From a virus: a stretch of DNA of 64,000 nucleotides. Every line of letters begins with the position of its first letter. Within the stretch, counting starts at the first letter, position 1. The notes beneath the pieces are model-generated. The model did not search any database and had not been told where the DNA came from. It was given only the letters and a program-made list of their open reading frames with translations. The DNA is taken from the IMG/VR virus record IMGVR_UViG_3300021139_001840, positions 1 to 64,000 of that record. One strand, written 5' to 3'. This document shows positions 38,876-49,072 of this stretch, in pieces. Both the position numbers and the translations under genes were made by a program.

Positions 38876-39053
38876 TTTATACTCCATTGTAGTTGAGTTA
38901 CTTCCGACAGCACCTTGCTGTCCAAAGTATTTACGACCCATGATTTTTATATTCTATGGGTGTTAATAAGTGTAATAGATAGCATAAGTACATACCCAGG
39001 CCCCAAAAATTCAAAATAACCCTAACCTTTCCATTTAACTAAATAATAGTACC

Positions 39054-39644
39054 ATGGCAAACAAACCTTTCGACTCGGACATATTTAAAGACCATCAAGA
39101 TTATTGGCAGGTCGCTAAGAATATTAAAGATATCTACATGTCTGAAGGATCTTTATTAACTTTGCTGGATTTTGAGCGGGTTTTAGATTCGCTTGATTTA
39201 TATGCTTTTAAGAACTGGGATATTGGCGAGCTAGTTCAAGGCCCAACAATTACTAGATATAATGTGTCCTGTATATTTTTGTGGCCTGAGAATTTAATGC
39301 CCGATCCACGTGGCGCACGTAGATTACTTCCATTTGATTGCGAAGTAAAGTTTAAAAAAACTAACATGAAGATTCCTATTAAAATTGAGGATCCTACCGA
39401 CTATCGCCCAGGTACTAAGATTGCTAGAATTACCGAAAAGAAAATATGGCTAGTTGAAATTACTATGCCCAAGAGTTTAATGAGTGATATACGCACTGGC
39501 AGTATTGAAATGGAAGAACAAGAAATTGATTTGGCAGCTTTAGATAAAGCCTATACTCAAAATTTTGGAAAAGACCAACAACCTGATGAAACAGAAAATG
39601 AACAACAACCAGCACAACCACCAGCCCAACCACCAGCCCAATAA
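39054..39644 (+). CDS. Hypothetical late protein
   Basis: TAAATA promoter; LLDFERVLD...MPDPRG. Confidence 0.75.
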   Translation: MANKPFDSDIFKDHQDYWQVAKNIKDIYMSEGSLLTLLDFERVLDSLDLYAFKNWDIGELVQGPTITRYNVSCIFLWPENLMPDPRGARRLLPFDCEVKFKKTNMKIPIKIEDPTDYRPGTKIARITEKKIWLVEITMPKSLMSDIRTGSIEMEEQEIDLAALDKAYTQNFGKDQQPDETENEQQPAQPPAQPPAQ

Positions 39645-40188
39645 CCCCAACTCTAATTTTATATTTGAAACTTTAACATATAAAGATATGGAAGGGTTGT
39701 TAAAACCTACAATTCATGTTGACGAGTTTACTTCCAAGATGGGCGAAGATGACGACATTATTGTTGTGTCATTTTTTGTTCGTGACGAAAAAGCCGCCAA
39801 AGACCTAATGAATTGGTTTGAAAAAGGCTATGATTTTGTTATTGACGCTGACCGTTCGCCAGGTGAAATTAAACCTAATCGTTACTTAGTATACGTTGAA
39901 ATTCGTCGACGCAGTACAGCAGGAGCACATGTACAACAATTATTAGATGATCTGGCAACGCTTACAGAATTTGAAGCAAAAGATTGGTCTATGATATATG
40001 GTGGCAAAGAAACGCCATTTAGTCAAGAAGAATTTGAGCGCATAGTTCCACTATCGCCAAAAGAATACCGTAAAGAACACGATGAAGATTTAAATGAAGT
40101 GCGTGTTGCTGCCGGGTTACCTCCTCGAACATTTTACGAGCAGGATGAGGACATTAAGGCTCTTCAAAGCGCCGCAGGAATATTATAA
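39598..40188 (+). CDS. Hypothetical late protein
   Basis: IHVDEFTSKMGEDDD...FEKGYDFVIDAD. Start uncertain. Confidence 0.75.
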   Translation: MNNNQHNHQPNHQPNNPNSNFIFETLTYKDMEGLLKPTIHVDEFTSKMGEDDDIIVVSFFVRDEKAAKDLMNWFEKGYDFVIDADRSPGEIKPNRYLVYVEIRRRSTAGAHVQQLLDDLATLTEFEAKDWSMIYGGKETPFSQEEFERIVPLSPKEYRKEHDEDLNEVRVAAGLPPRTFYEQDEDIKALQSAAGIL

Positions 40189-40189
40189 T

Positions 40190-40243
40190 ATGAAAATTGG
40201 TGAAATTTTAAGAACTATAGCAGATGCTATGGAACAAGCATAA
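40190..40243 (+). CDS. 17-aa micro-ORF (MKIGEILRTIADAMEQA)
   Basis: AGGA SD; immediately after upstream stop. Confidence 0.4.
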   Translation: MKIGEILRTIADAMEQA

Positions 40244-40272
40244 AACAGTACAAAAATGTAATAATGCTTAAC

Positions 40273-40299
40273 TAAATAGTAGATAATACTATCTACTAT
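40273..40299 (+). promoter_or_regulatory. TAAATA promoter overlapping a hairpin that occludes the endolysin start codon
   Basis: ATAGTAGATA-ATAC-TATCTACTAT(G). Confidence 0.7.
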
Positions 40300-40912
40300 G
40301 CCGATTACAGAACAACAATTACAGCAGTTTTTACCCAATAATTCCTATATTGCAGAGTGGTGTAACACTTTGAATACGTATTTTCCAACATATGAAATTG
40401 ATAATACTTACAGAATAGCACAATTTTTAGCTCAAACTTATGTTGAATCAGAAGCATATACAGCACTAATAGAAAATTTGAATTATAGTGCTCAAAGTTT
40501 GATGCGGGAATGGCCCAATTATTTTCCTACTATTCAAATAGCCAATGAATATGCACATCATCCAGAACAGATTGCTAATCGTGCCTACGCTAATAGACTA
40601 GGAAATGGCGATGAAGCATCTGGAGATGGATGGCGTTATATAGGACGTGGGTTAATTCAAATTACTGGTAAATACAATTATAATTTATTTGCGCAAAACA
40701 CTGATATGGATATTACACAAGTGCCAGCGTACTTACTTACATTTGATGGGGCAGTAGAAGTAGCATGTTGGGTTTGGTCGACAAACAACTTAAATCAATA
40801 TTCAGATACTCAAAATACTAAGGAAGTAACTTATCTTATTAATGGTGGGTATACAGATTTACAACAACGCGAAGCTGCTTACAGCAACGCATTAACTATA
40901 TTGGAGCAGTAA
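40298..40912 (+). CDS. GH19-family endolysin
   Basis: AQFLAQ...ES, ENLNYS, GDGWRYIGRGLIQITGKYNY, INGG. Confidence 0.9.
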   Translation: MPITEQQLQQFLPNNSYIAEWCNTLNTYFPTYEIDNTYRIAQFLAQTYVESEAYTALIENLNYSAQSLMREWPNYFPTIQIANEYAHHPEQIANRAYANRLGNGDEASGDGWRYIGRGLIQITGKYNYNLFAQNTDMDITQVPAYLLTFDGAVEVACWVWSTNNLNQYSDTQNTKEVTYLINGGYTDLQQREAAYSNALTILEQ

Positions 40913-41383
40913 ATGTTTACATTTTACGTTAATCATGTCTTAGCATATATTCCTACTTGGATGTGGCCAATTTTGGCAGGGGGTGGAGTAGCGGCTTTTT
41001 TCTTGGCAGGAGTTGGAAGTTATGTTCCAGCATTATCTCCGTATGCTAACTTCATTAAACCTATTAGTTTTATAACAATTTGTGTTAGTTTTTTCATGTG
41101 GGGCGGGGCTGGAGTACAGGATGTGTATCAAGCAGAAGTTAATGAGCAAAAAGCTAAAGCCGACGCAGCCGAACAAGCCAGTAAAGATACTAATAACCAA
41201 CTTCAAAAAACATTGGTATCACAAAATCAAATCATTTTGCAAAAAACTAAAACACTAAATGACATCATAGCAAGCGAAGGCAATAGAATTAATAAAAACT
41301 GCACTATAGACAGCGCCACAGTTAATTTATATAATAACATTGTAACAAATAGTATAACCACACCCGCAGGAGTAAAAAAATAA
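40913..41383 (+). CDS. Putative inner-membrane spanin (Rz-like)
   Basis: TM segments followed by coiled coil; directly after endolysin. Confidence 0.6.
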   Translation: MFTFYVNHVLAYIPTWMWPILAGGGVAAFFLAGVGSYVPALSPYANFIKPISFITICVSFFMWGGAGVQDVYQAEVNEQKAKADAAEQASKDTNNQLQKTLVSQNQIILQKTKTLNDIIASEGNRINKNCTIDSATVNLYNNIVTNSITTPAGVKK

Positions 41384-41652
41384 TGAAAAAATTTTTATTG
41401 AGTTTTTTATTAGTTTTGTCAGGTTGTGCTACTCATGTAGCGGCTCCAGGAGAAAATTGGCCAGCGGCGCCTGATACTTTATTAGATCCAGTTCCAAATT
41501 TAACTGTATTGCCAGAGGGTGATTCAAAACTTACCGATCTACTCTCTAATGTTAATCAAAATTATTCCGCATATTATTTGTTAAAAAATAAATTTGAATT
41601 ATGGCAGCAATGGTACAACCAACAAAAACAAATTTATAAACAATCACAATAA
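41383..41652 (+). CDS. Putative outer-membrane spanin lipoprotein (Rz1-like)
   Basis: Lipobox LSGC; Pro-rich mature N-terminus. Confidence 0.65.
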   Translation: MKKFLLSFLLVLSGCATHVAAPGENWPAAPDTLLDPVPNLTVLPEGDSKLTDLLSNVNQNYSAYYLLKNKFELWQQWYNQQKQIYKQSQ

Positions 41653-42071
41653 TGAAAAAAATATTTTATATAATTTTACTATTGAATTGCTTGGTTGGAT
41701 GTGCTGTGTATGATAATTATTTCAAAGCTGGTTATGATAATCAAGAATATGAACATATTGTTGAAATAAGACTGTTGGCCAGACAAGGAGTTCAGATGTG
41801 TGGAAATCCCTATAAAGTAACAAAAAGTAAAACAGCGGAGATTATAAGCCAGATGCTTGATAAAGCTGAATTATTTGAAATTTATGAAGAACATAGGCCA
41901 AAAAATGATTCAGAATATGATGCCGCTGTTAAACTACGCGAAATTATAGAAAGTTTTAATAACCGATATCAAAAAGGATCAGTATCCTATTTTTATTGTA
42001 AAACTAAATTTGAAAGCATAGATTCTAGCGCAGGAGTTATACAATCAGTTATAGGAAATAGACCCAAATGA
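41652..42071 (+). CDS. Lipoprotein
   Basis: Lipobox LVGC. Confidence 0.7.
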   Translation: MKKIFYIILLLNCLVGCAVYDNYFKAGYDNQEYEHIVEIRLLARQGVQMCGNPYKVTKSKTAEIISQMLDKAELFEIYEEHRPKNDSEYDAAVKLREIIESFNNRYQKGSVSYFYCKTKFESIDSSAGVIQSVIGNRPK

Positions 42072-42334
42072 CAATGGATGAAATTAAGCATACTTTGAAT
42101 GCTTTACACACTTGCGGAGATCCAACATTTGAAAGAGCCGCAGAATATATACAACAACTCATACAGCGAATTCAAAGCTCTCAATTAAGTCAACAAGATG
42201 CCGCAGAATTATTGTTAGACGTTCAAAGACAGTTACAAATAGTACAAGATTCTCAAGAATTACACCATAAAGAATCATTGAATACTGCCATCACTAGTTT
42301 ACTATCTATACTGACATTAGGCAGCAACACATAG
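42068..42334 (+). CDS. Hypothetical helical protein
   Basis: ATGA-coupled ORF. Confidence 0.7.
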   Translation: MTMDEIKHTLNALHTCGDPTFERAAEYIQQLIQRIQSSQLSQQDAAELLLDVQRQLQIVQDSQELHHKESLNTAITSLLSILTLGSNT

Positions 42335-42361
42335 TTATAAATACAAGTTACAAAGGATTTT

Positions 42362-42928
42362 ATGGAAAAAGCACAGCACCATAGAAAAAATCGTGATGAA
42401 AATGATTACGTAGATGCGTCAGACGCTTGGATTTATACCAAATGGCGTCCAATGATGGCTTGGATGTATTTGGTAGTTTGTTTATTTGATTTCGTGCTTT
42501 TTCCAATTGGCTGGAGTTTTTTACAAGCTCTAGAACACGGGCAAATAGCCTCTCAATGGCAGCCATTAACATTGCAAGGAGGCGGATTATTTCATATTGC
42601 CATGGGATTAATATTAGGTGTAAGTGCTTATGGCAGAACTAAAGAAAAAATAGCTGGTGTAGCATCTCCGGGGTATTTAAATGATTTCTTTGGTGCTAAC
42701 GCTGGCACCACTTATATTCCGCCAGGACAAGGGCAGGCTAATGTAAACAACACTAACCAGCCACCATATAATAATAGATTTTATCATTCAGACAATCGCT
42801 ATGATCCAGACGAAAATGGTAATTATGTAGCTCCGCCATTATTTGGTACAGCACCCAATAACACAACAAATAGTAAACCTGATTCAACTCCAGCTGGACC
42901 ACCGATCCCCCCGTTCCCAGAAAAATAA
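42362..42928 (+). CDS. Putative holin (GTA 3TM-holin-like) with Pro/Asn-rich tail
   Basis: KWRPMMAWMY...FDF..FP...LG..AYGRTKEK. Confidence 0.7.
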   Translation: MEKAQHHRKNRDENDYVDASDAWIYTKWRPMMAWMYLVVCLFDFVLFPIGWSFLQALEHGQIASQWQPLTLQGGGLFHIAMGLILGVSAYGRTKEKIAGVASPGYLNDFFGANAGTTYIPPGQGQANVNNTNQPPYNNRFYHSDNRYDPDENGNYVAPPLFGTAPNNTTNSKPDSTPAGPPIPPFPEK

Positions 42929-42961
42929 TTGCAGTGACTTTAAAAATACATAATTAGTAAT

Positions 42962-43741
42962 ATGTCAGATCATTATCAAACACTAAATGTTCCCCGCGGA
43001 GCAACGCAAGAAGAAATTAAAAAGGCTTATCGCAAATTAGCCGGGCAATATCATCCAGATAAAGGTGGTGATAAAGTAAAGTTTCAGGAAATTCAAGCCG
43101 CATACTCTGTATTAGGTGATGATCAAAAAAGAGCACAATACGATAATCCTGGACAAAATATTCATTTTGAATTTGGCAGTCCCGGAGGTTTTGATTTTAG
43201 TTCCATTTTTAGTATGTTTGGACAGCAAGTTCATCAACAATCACATCGTCAAAGTCATACACGCATGAGTTTGTGGGTAACACTACAAGATGTCGCACAA
43301 GGCGGAAAACGCCCAGTTACTGTTGGTACTAGCCACGGTACTATGAATATTGAAATTGAAATTCCTTTGGGCATTGAAGATGGGGATAATGTTCAGTATC
43401 CAAAATTGGGGCCCGGCGGTACAGATTTAATTGTTAATTTCCGCATACATCCTAATCCTAAATGGGCACGAGCTGGGTTACATTTAACCACTGAACATTC
43501 TATTAGTATTTGGGACTGTATGGTTGGTGGCACAACAGAAATACGTGATATATTAGGCAACCAAATTAATCTTACCATTCCTGCACTTACACAGCCTGGC
43601 AGTTTATTGCGTTTAAAGGGCAGAGGGTTATCATCGCGTCAAGGAATCACAGGTGATTTATTGGTTAGAATTCAAGCCAAAATGCCATCAAATATTAGCA
43701 CAGAATTATCCGAACTTATTAAACAAGAACAAAAAAAATAG
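42962..43741 (+). CDS. DnaJ/CbpA-like J-domain chaperone
   Basis: J domain with HPD; C-terminal DnaJ domain; no zinc finger. Confidence 0.92.
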   Translation: MSDHYQTLNVPRGATQEEIKKAYRKLAGQYHPDKGGDKVKFQEIQAAYSVLGDDQKRAQYDNPGQNIHFEFGSPGGFDFSSIFSMFGQQVHQQSHRQSHTRMSLWVTLQDVAQGGKRPVTVGTSHGTMNIEIEIPLGIEDGDNVQYPKLGPGGTDLIVNFRIHPNPKWARAGLHLTTEHSISIWDCMVGGTTEIRDILGNQINLTIPALTQPGSLLRLKGRGLSSRQGITGDLLVRIQAKMPSNISTELSELIKQEQKK

Positions 43742-43804
43742 CCATAACAGTTGTGTTTGCGACAAAATTGCTATATACTATTACAGTACCAAGCAAAGGA
43801 AAAC

Positions 43805-46084
43805 ATGCAGAATAATAAAGAAATTGAACAAATTGTTGCGCAGGCTGTCAAAATAGCTAAAGATCTTCAACACGAATACGTGTTAACCGAACATGTTTTA
43901 TTGGCGCTAATACGTCATGCTCCATTTCAGACTGTGATGGAAAATTTTGGTATCAATGTCAATATGTTAGACATGGAACTTGATGCTTATTTGCAAAGTT
44001 TAACAAATTTAGTCACTGACAAAAAAGATCACCAGCCTAGAAAAACAAATGCGTTGGAACGCTGTTTTAATCGAGCAATGACACAAGTTCTTTTTACTGG
44101 TCGTCGCTCTATGACTACTGGAGATTTATATCTTGCTATTATGGCCGAAACCAATAGCCATGCTCAATATTTCCTTTTAAAATATGGTGTTAAAAAAGTT
44201 GAGTTTTATGATTATTGGCAACAAAATTATAAACATGATGACATTAAACTTACAGGCACACAAGCGGATGAAATATTAAATGAATACTGTGTAAATTTGA
44301 CTCGTTTGGCAACAGAAGATAGACTAGAGCCAATGATTGGACGCAGTGAAGAATTAGATCAAATGATTACAGCACTGGCAAGGCGTTTTAAAGCCAATGT
44401 ATTAATGGTAGGCGATCCTGGCGTGGGCAAAACTGCTATTGTAGAAGGACTTGCTCAAGAAATTATTGCTAATCGTGTTCCTAAATTCCTTATTGGACAC
44501 GAAGTATGGTCGTTAGAAATTGGATCATTGCTTGCTGGCAGCAAATACCGCGGTGAATTTGAAGAAAAATTTAAACAAGTTATTGGTGCGCTTGAAGCTA
44601 AGAAAAATTGTATTTTGTTTATTGACGAAGCACATACAATGAAAGGTGCTGGTGCTAGTTCACAAAGTACTTTAGACTTTGCCAATATGTTGAAGCCAAG
44701 CATTACTAAAGGCACACTCAAAGTTGTAGCGTCAACAACATGGGAAGAATATTACGAATCATTTGAAAAAGATCGTGCTTTAATGCGTCGTTTCCATCGT
44801 GTGGCTATTGATGAGCCAAGTCCAGAAGTTACGGAACAAATTCTTATTGGATTAAGCCCACGTTTAGAATTATTTCACAATGTTATGATTGAAACAGAAG
44901 CCATTAAAACTGCTGTGGATTTAAGCGGCCGTTATATACATGACCGTAAGAATCCGGATAAGTCAATTGACTTATTAGATGGTGCTTGTGCTCGTGAACG
45001 TGTTAAAGATGCAGGCAATGTGCCTATTACTAAAGATTTAATTATGGCTCAGTTAAGTCGTGTAACTGAAGTGCCAATAGATAGACTACAAAACGAACGT
45101 TCTGCCAGCATAGTAGAGTTAGAAAGCAATATTAAAGAAAAACTATATGGGCAAGACGAAGCAGTAGATTCAGTACTTGAACGTGTCTACATTAACTTTT
45201 CAGGCATTGGCAACGATTCTCGCCCCATTGCTTCATTTTTGTTCTTGGGTCCAACAGGTACTGGTAAAACGGAACTTGCTAAATTGCTGGCCAAGAATTT
45301 AGATATGCAATTATTAAAGTATGACATGAGTGAATATCAAGAAAAACATACTGTTAGCTCATTAATTGGTGCTCCGCCTGGTTATGTAGGATTTGAAGAT
45401 GGCAATGTCGGAGGTGGAAAACTTATTTCGGACATTTCAAAGAATCCATATTCAATTATTTTGTTTGACGAAATTGAAAAAGCACATCCAGATGTTATCA
45501 ACATTATGTTACAAATGCTTGATGAAGCTCGCATTACATCAGCCAATGGAAAAACAGTTAATCTCAAAAATACCATTATCATTATGACATCAAATTTAGG
45601 ATCTCGTGATAATGAAAATAATAATATTGGGTTTGGGCAAGACTTAGAAAAAACTGGATCAGAAGAAAAAGCAATGAAAAACTTCTTCAAGCCTGAACTA
45701 CGCAATCGTATTGACCAAATATGTAAATTCAAAAAACTTGATACATTGGCCATTAAGAAAGTTGTACTTAAATTTGTTGAGCAATTACAAACAAGTTTAA
45801 CTACAAAAAATATCAAACTTAATTTATCCGAATCAGTTATTGACATGTTAGCTGAAAAAGGATATGACAGTAAAATGGGGGCTCGTCCTTTGAATCGCAA
45901 AATTGATGAACTTATTCGTGTACCATTAAGTAAGAAAATTTTATTCGAACGGTTAACTGACTGTGTAATTAATGCTATAATGGTAGATGATAAAATTGAT
46001 TTTACAATTATACCAACAACTACATTTCCAGCTTTAGATAGTTCCGGAATAATTGTGCTGAATAATGAATCCCCTAACATTTAA
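43805..46084 (+). CDS. clpA: ClpA-like Hsp100 ATPase
   Basis: Clp N-domain; GDPGVGKT and GPTGTGKT; IGAPPGYVG; IGF loop; MGARPL; no ClpB middle domain. Confidence 0.92.
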   Translation: MQNNKEIEQIVAQAVKIAKDLQHEYVLTEHVLLALIRHAPFQTVMENFGINVNMLDMELDAYLQSLTNLVTDKKDHQPRKTNALERCFNRAMTQVLFTGRRSMTTGDLYLAIMAETNSHAQYFLLKYGVKKVEFYDYWQQNYKHDDIKLTGTQADEILNEYCVNLTRLATEDRLEPMIGRSEELDQMITALARRFKANVLMVGDPGVGKTAIVEGLAQEIIANRVPKFLIGHEVWSLEIGSLLAGSKYRGEFEEKFKQVIGALEAKKNCILFIDEAHTMKGAGASSQSTLDFANMLKPSITKGTLKVVASTTWEEYYESFEKDRALMRRFHRVAIDEPSPEVTEQILIGLSPRLELFHNVMIETEAIKTAVDLSGRYIHDRKNPDKSIDLLDGACARERVKDAGNVPITKDLIMAQLSRVTEVPIDRLQNERSASIVELESNIKEKLYGQDEAVDSVLERVYINFSGIGNDSRPIASFLFLGPTGTGKTELAKLLAKNLDMQLLKYDMSEYQEKHTVSSLIGAPPGYVGFEDGNVGGGKLISDISKNPYSIILFDEIEKAHPDVINIMLQMLDEARITSANGKTVNLKNTIIIMTSNLGSRDNENNNIGFGQDLEKTGSEEKAMKNFFKPELRNRIDQICKFKKLDTLAIKKVVLKFVEQLQTSLTTKNIKLNLSESVIDMLAEKGYDSKMGARPLNRKIDELIRVPLSKKILFERLTDCVINAIMVDDKIDFTIIPTTTFPALDSSGIIVLNNESPNI

Positions 46085-46778
46085 TCCTGTTCCTAAAGAC
46101 AAATATTTTTACGACAAATATCGATATTGTATAGCGTTTGCTTTAGATGAAGTAAGTGCTATGAAAACACTCGACCATCAATATATTGATGCTGTTATTG
46201 AACGTAGAAAAGTTTGGCGCGAAGTCGCACAACAACGCTGGGTCAATGGGAAAAAAGGTGGTATTACTAGATCAATGCCTTCCATAGCAGGATATCGTTG
46301 GAAGGAAATTACAGATAAAACTGTAGAAAATTTACACGAATTAGCCGACATATTAATGAAAACTTCTATAGATTTTAAATTAGTTACATCAGTTAATCAA
46401 GGTTGGGTGTATACAAATAGTGTTACATTAATTAAACGATTAACTTCCGTAAGTTTTCTTAAAGATATAGAGTATACCGAGTCAATAATTGTACGTCCTA
46501 GAAATACTATTAAGTTAACAAATCCTACGCACACTCATCGTAGTTATTTTAAAGGTACAAAATTAACCGCCCAAGATAAAACAAATCTCAATAACTTTTT
46601 TATCAATCAAACAGAATATATACGAATTAGCCCTGCTTTGAGCAAATGGTTAGAAAATCCCTATACCCGTACTCAAGATTATTTCTTTATAGATCATACA
46701 GGTGAAAGCTGGTTAATAATGTTATCTTTAGTTAGAGCAGGATTAGTGAGGAAAACTGCTGAAATTATACCAGCATAA
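46065..46778 (+). CDS. Hypothetical protein
   Basis: 237-aa ORF. Confidence 0.75.
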   Translation: MNPLTFNPVPKDKYFYDKYRYCIAFALDEVSAMKTLDHQYIDAVIERRKVWREVAQQRWVNGKKGGITRSMPSIAGYRWKEITDKTVENLHELADILMKTSIDFKLVTSVNQGWVYTNSVTLIKRLTSVSFLKDIEYTESIIVRPRNTIKLTNPTHTHRSYFKGTKLTAQDKTNLNNFFINQTEYIRISPALSKWLENPYTRTQDYFFIDHTGESWLIMLSLVRAGLVRKTAEIIPA

Positions 46779-46788
46779 ATACTTGACT

Positions 46789-47154
46789 ATGACTTTAACT
46801 ACAGAAACACTATTACCCACAACCGTTTATGGTACCCCCTCGGGAAACTATGATGGATCTAGTACTACTTTTATTGGCAACGCTATTCCGGCTGCTAACT
46901 TTTACGGTGGACAAGGTTCCGCGCAAACTGCTATAATTGAAGTAACAGGTCTACTAGCCAATATTACAATACAAGGCAGTTTAAATGATTGGACCGAACA
47001 GGCTGTATGGTTTGACATTGAACGTTATGGTAATACTACAGTTCCAGTCACTGAAACAACTGCTATTAATATGGTGGGTAATTTTGTTTGGCTTCGAGCC
47101 GCTGTTACAGATTTTACCGCAGGCACCGTCAATTCAGCTAACGTAATATATTAA
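46789..47154 (+). CDS. Small beta-rich putative virion protein
   Basis: TAAATA promoter; GNFVWLRA. Confidence 0.65.
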   Translation: MTLTTETLLPTTVYGTPSGNYDGSSTTFIGNAIPAANFYGGQGSAQTAIIEVTGLLANITIQGSLNDWTEQAVWFDIERYGNTTVPVTETTAINMVGNFVWLRAAVTDFTAGTVNSANVIY

Positions 47155-47167
47155 GCTAAATATTACA

Positions 47168-47992
47168 ATGCGTACTATTGTAATTTACCCCGGTCGTTAT
47201 CAACCCCCACACAAAGGTCATAAATCTTCTTATGATTATTTGACAAAAAAGTTTGGTGAAAATAACGTTTTTGTAGCCACGTCAGATGTTGTTGCTCCAA
47301 TGACTAGCCCTTTTAGTTATCCAGATAAAGTAGAAATGCTTGCCAAATTGGGAATTCCAGCTAGTCACATTGTGCAAGTTCGGAACCCATATCAAGCGCA
47401 GGAAATTACACGTGATATTTCTAATCCTGAAGATACAGCATTGGTATTTGCTGTATCTGAAAAAGATATGACTGATGAAAAGCCACGTTTTACGTTTGGA
47501 GTGAAGAAAAACGGTGAGCCATCTTACATGCAACCATATCCAGAAAATGGTAAAAAATTGCAACCATTAACTAAACACGGTTATGTTATGGTAACTCCGA
47601 CTACTACATTTAAAGTTAAAGGAAAAGACGCCAATTCTGCTACAGCAATACGCAAACTGTATATAGATGGAAATGACAATGACCGTAAACAAATTATCCA
47701 TGATTTATATGGTGTCGATGATTCAGCAATTAAAGATATTTTTGACAAGAAATTAGGCGTAGCTAAAAAGACTAAAGAAGTAGTATTACAACCGCCTCCA
47801 CTTGATGCCAATGTATTAGATACCCCGGCGCCATTGCAACGTGAAAATAAAAAATACCAAGCAAAAAAAGCACGTTTATTAGAATCAACTATACTAGCTG
47901 AACGTAAAGCTGCACATTGTTATCGTTCCTATGACGAAGATTTAATACCTAATTACATAGACGAAAAAACAGGCAGAAAATTTTACCGGTGA
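47168..47992 (+). CDS. Cytidylyltransferase-like (HxGH) nucleotidyltransferase
   Basis: YPGRYQPPHKGH...SPF...SATAIR. Confidence 0.8.
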   Translation: MRTIVIYPGRYQPPHKGHKSSYDYLTKKFGENNVFVATSDVVAPMTSPFSYPDKVEMLAKLGIPASHIVQVRNPYQAQEITRDISNPEDTALVFAVSEKDMTDEKPRFTFGVKKNGEPSYMQPYPENGKKLQPLTKHGYVMVTPTTTFKVKGKDANSATAIRKLYIDGNDNDRKQIIHDLYGVDDSAIKDIFDKKLGVAKKTKEVVLQPPPLDANVLDTPAPLQRENKKYQAKKARLLESTILAERKAAHCYRSYDEDLIPNYIDEKTGRKFYR

Positions 47993-48037
47993 TATAACTT
48001 CTGTTAAATATTAGGACATATTTTAACAGAGGAAAAA

Positions 48038-48997
48038 ATGGTATCCACAAATCAAGCAGTAGAAGCAAAAGCCCCCGAAGTAACTCCAACAACAGAAGCC
48101 CCAGCTCAACAGGCACCTGGACCCGGTCAAGTACAAATCAATATTGATTTCTTAAAAACTACTAGAGTACACATCTGTATGCCCTGTTACGGTGGAATGT
48201 TAACAGAATCAACTTTCATGAGCTATATTAAATGGGCTAATACTGCTCGTCAATTGGGCATTGATTGGACTATGGAAACCATGACCAATGAGAGTTTAAT
48301 CTCTCGTGCCCGTAATACTCTCACAGCCAAATTCCTCTCAAATCCAGATTCCACACATTTAATGTTTATTGATGCTGACATTGGTTGGGAACCATGGCAT
48401 TTGCTAGTTATGTTAAATCGTGATGTGGATGTTATTGGTGGACTATACCCGATGAAATCACTGCCAGTTAAATGGTGTGTAAACGGCTTTGAAGGTGCCG
48501 AAGAAGGTCCAGATGGTTTACAAGAAGTTACTAAAACAGGCACAGGTTTCCTCTTAATGAAACGTGGAGTATTTGAAAAATTAAATGCTCACCCAGCAGT
48601 TAAACCATTTAACTCCGATATTGGTCTCCCACCAGAGTTAAATGTGTATATGAAAACTTATTTTGACACAGCAGTTCGCGAAAATCGCTATTATAGTGAA
48701 GATTGGACATTCTGCGAAAACTGGCGCGATCTAGGTGGTAAAGTTTGGGTAGATAAACGAGTATTGCTACGTCATACTGGAACTTATGTATTTGACTTTG
48801 CTACCCAAGATCAACTGTACAAAGATTTACATGAAATTGTGGTTAACAATCAAGCACAAGCACAGACTGTAGCACAGGCTACTGGTGCGGCTCCGGCACC
48901 AGCAATGGCAGCCCCAGTTGATACTACCGCTGTTCCTGCTCCGGCTGCTCCGGCTGCTCAGGTTATAGCAAGTAGTAAGGGAAAAAAGAAAAAATAA
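48038..48997 (+). CDS. GT-A fold glycosyltransferase-like protein
   Basis: ESLISRARN, FIDADI, GTGF, SEDWTFC, HTG. Confidence 0.75.
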   Translation: MVSTNQAVEAKAPEVTPTTEAPAQQAPGPGQVQINIDFLKTTRVHICMPCYGGMLTESTFMSYIKWANTARQLGIDWTMETMTNESLISRARNTLTAKFLSNPDSTHLMFIDADIGWEPWHLLVMLNRDVDVIGGLYPMKSLPVKWCVNGFEGAEEGPDGLQEVTKTGTGFLLMKRGVFEKLNAHPAVKPFNSDIGLPPELNVYMKTYFDTAVRENRYYSEDWTFCENWRDLGGKVWVDKRVLLRHTGTYVFDFATQDQLYKDLHEIVVNNQAQAQTVAQATGAAPAPAMAAPVDTTAVPAPAAPAAQVIASSKGKKKK

Positions 48998-49019
48998 ACT
49001 GAATAGTTTATAAACGGGC

Positions 49020-49058
49020 AAAGCCGCTATCAGCAATGTTAGCGGTTTTGTTTTTTTG
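49020..49058 (+). terminator. Intrinsic terminator
   Basis: AAAGCCGCTA...TAGCGGTTTT plus T run. Confidence 0.7.
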
Positions 49059-49072
49059 CACTAAATATATTA

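Noticed and set aside
45382-46080. 232-aa minus-strand ORF and similar antisense ORFs in polB, the 48038 gene and the Gp88-like gene
   Set aside because: Lie wholly opposite well-supported genes; attributable to codon bias.
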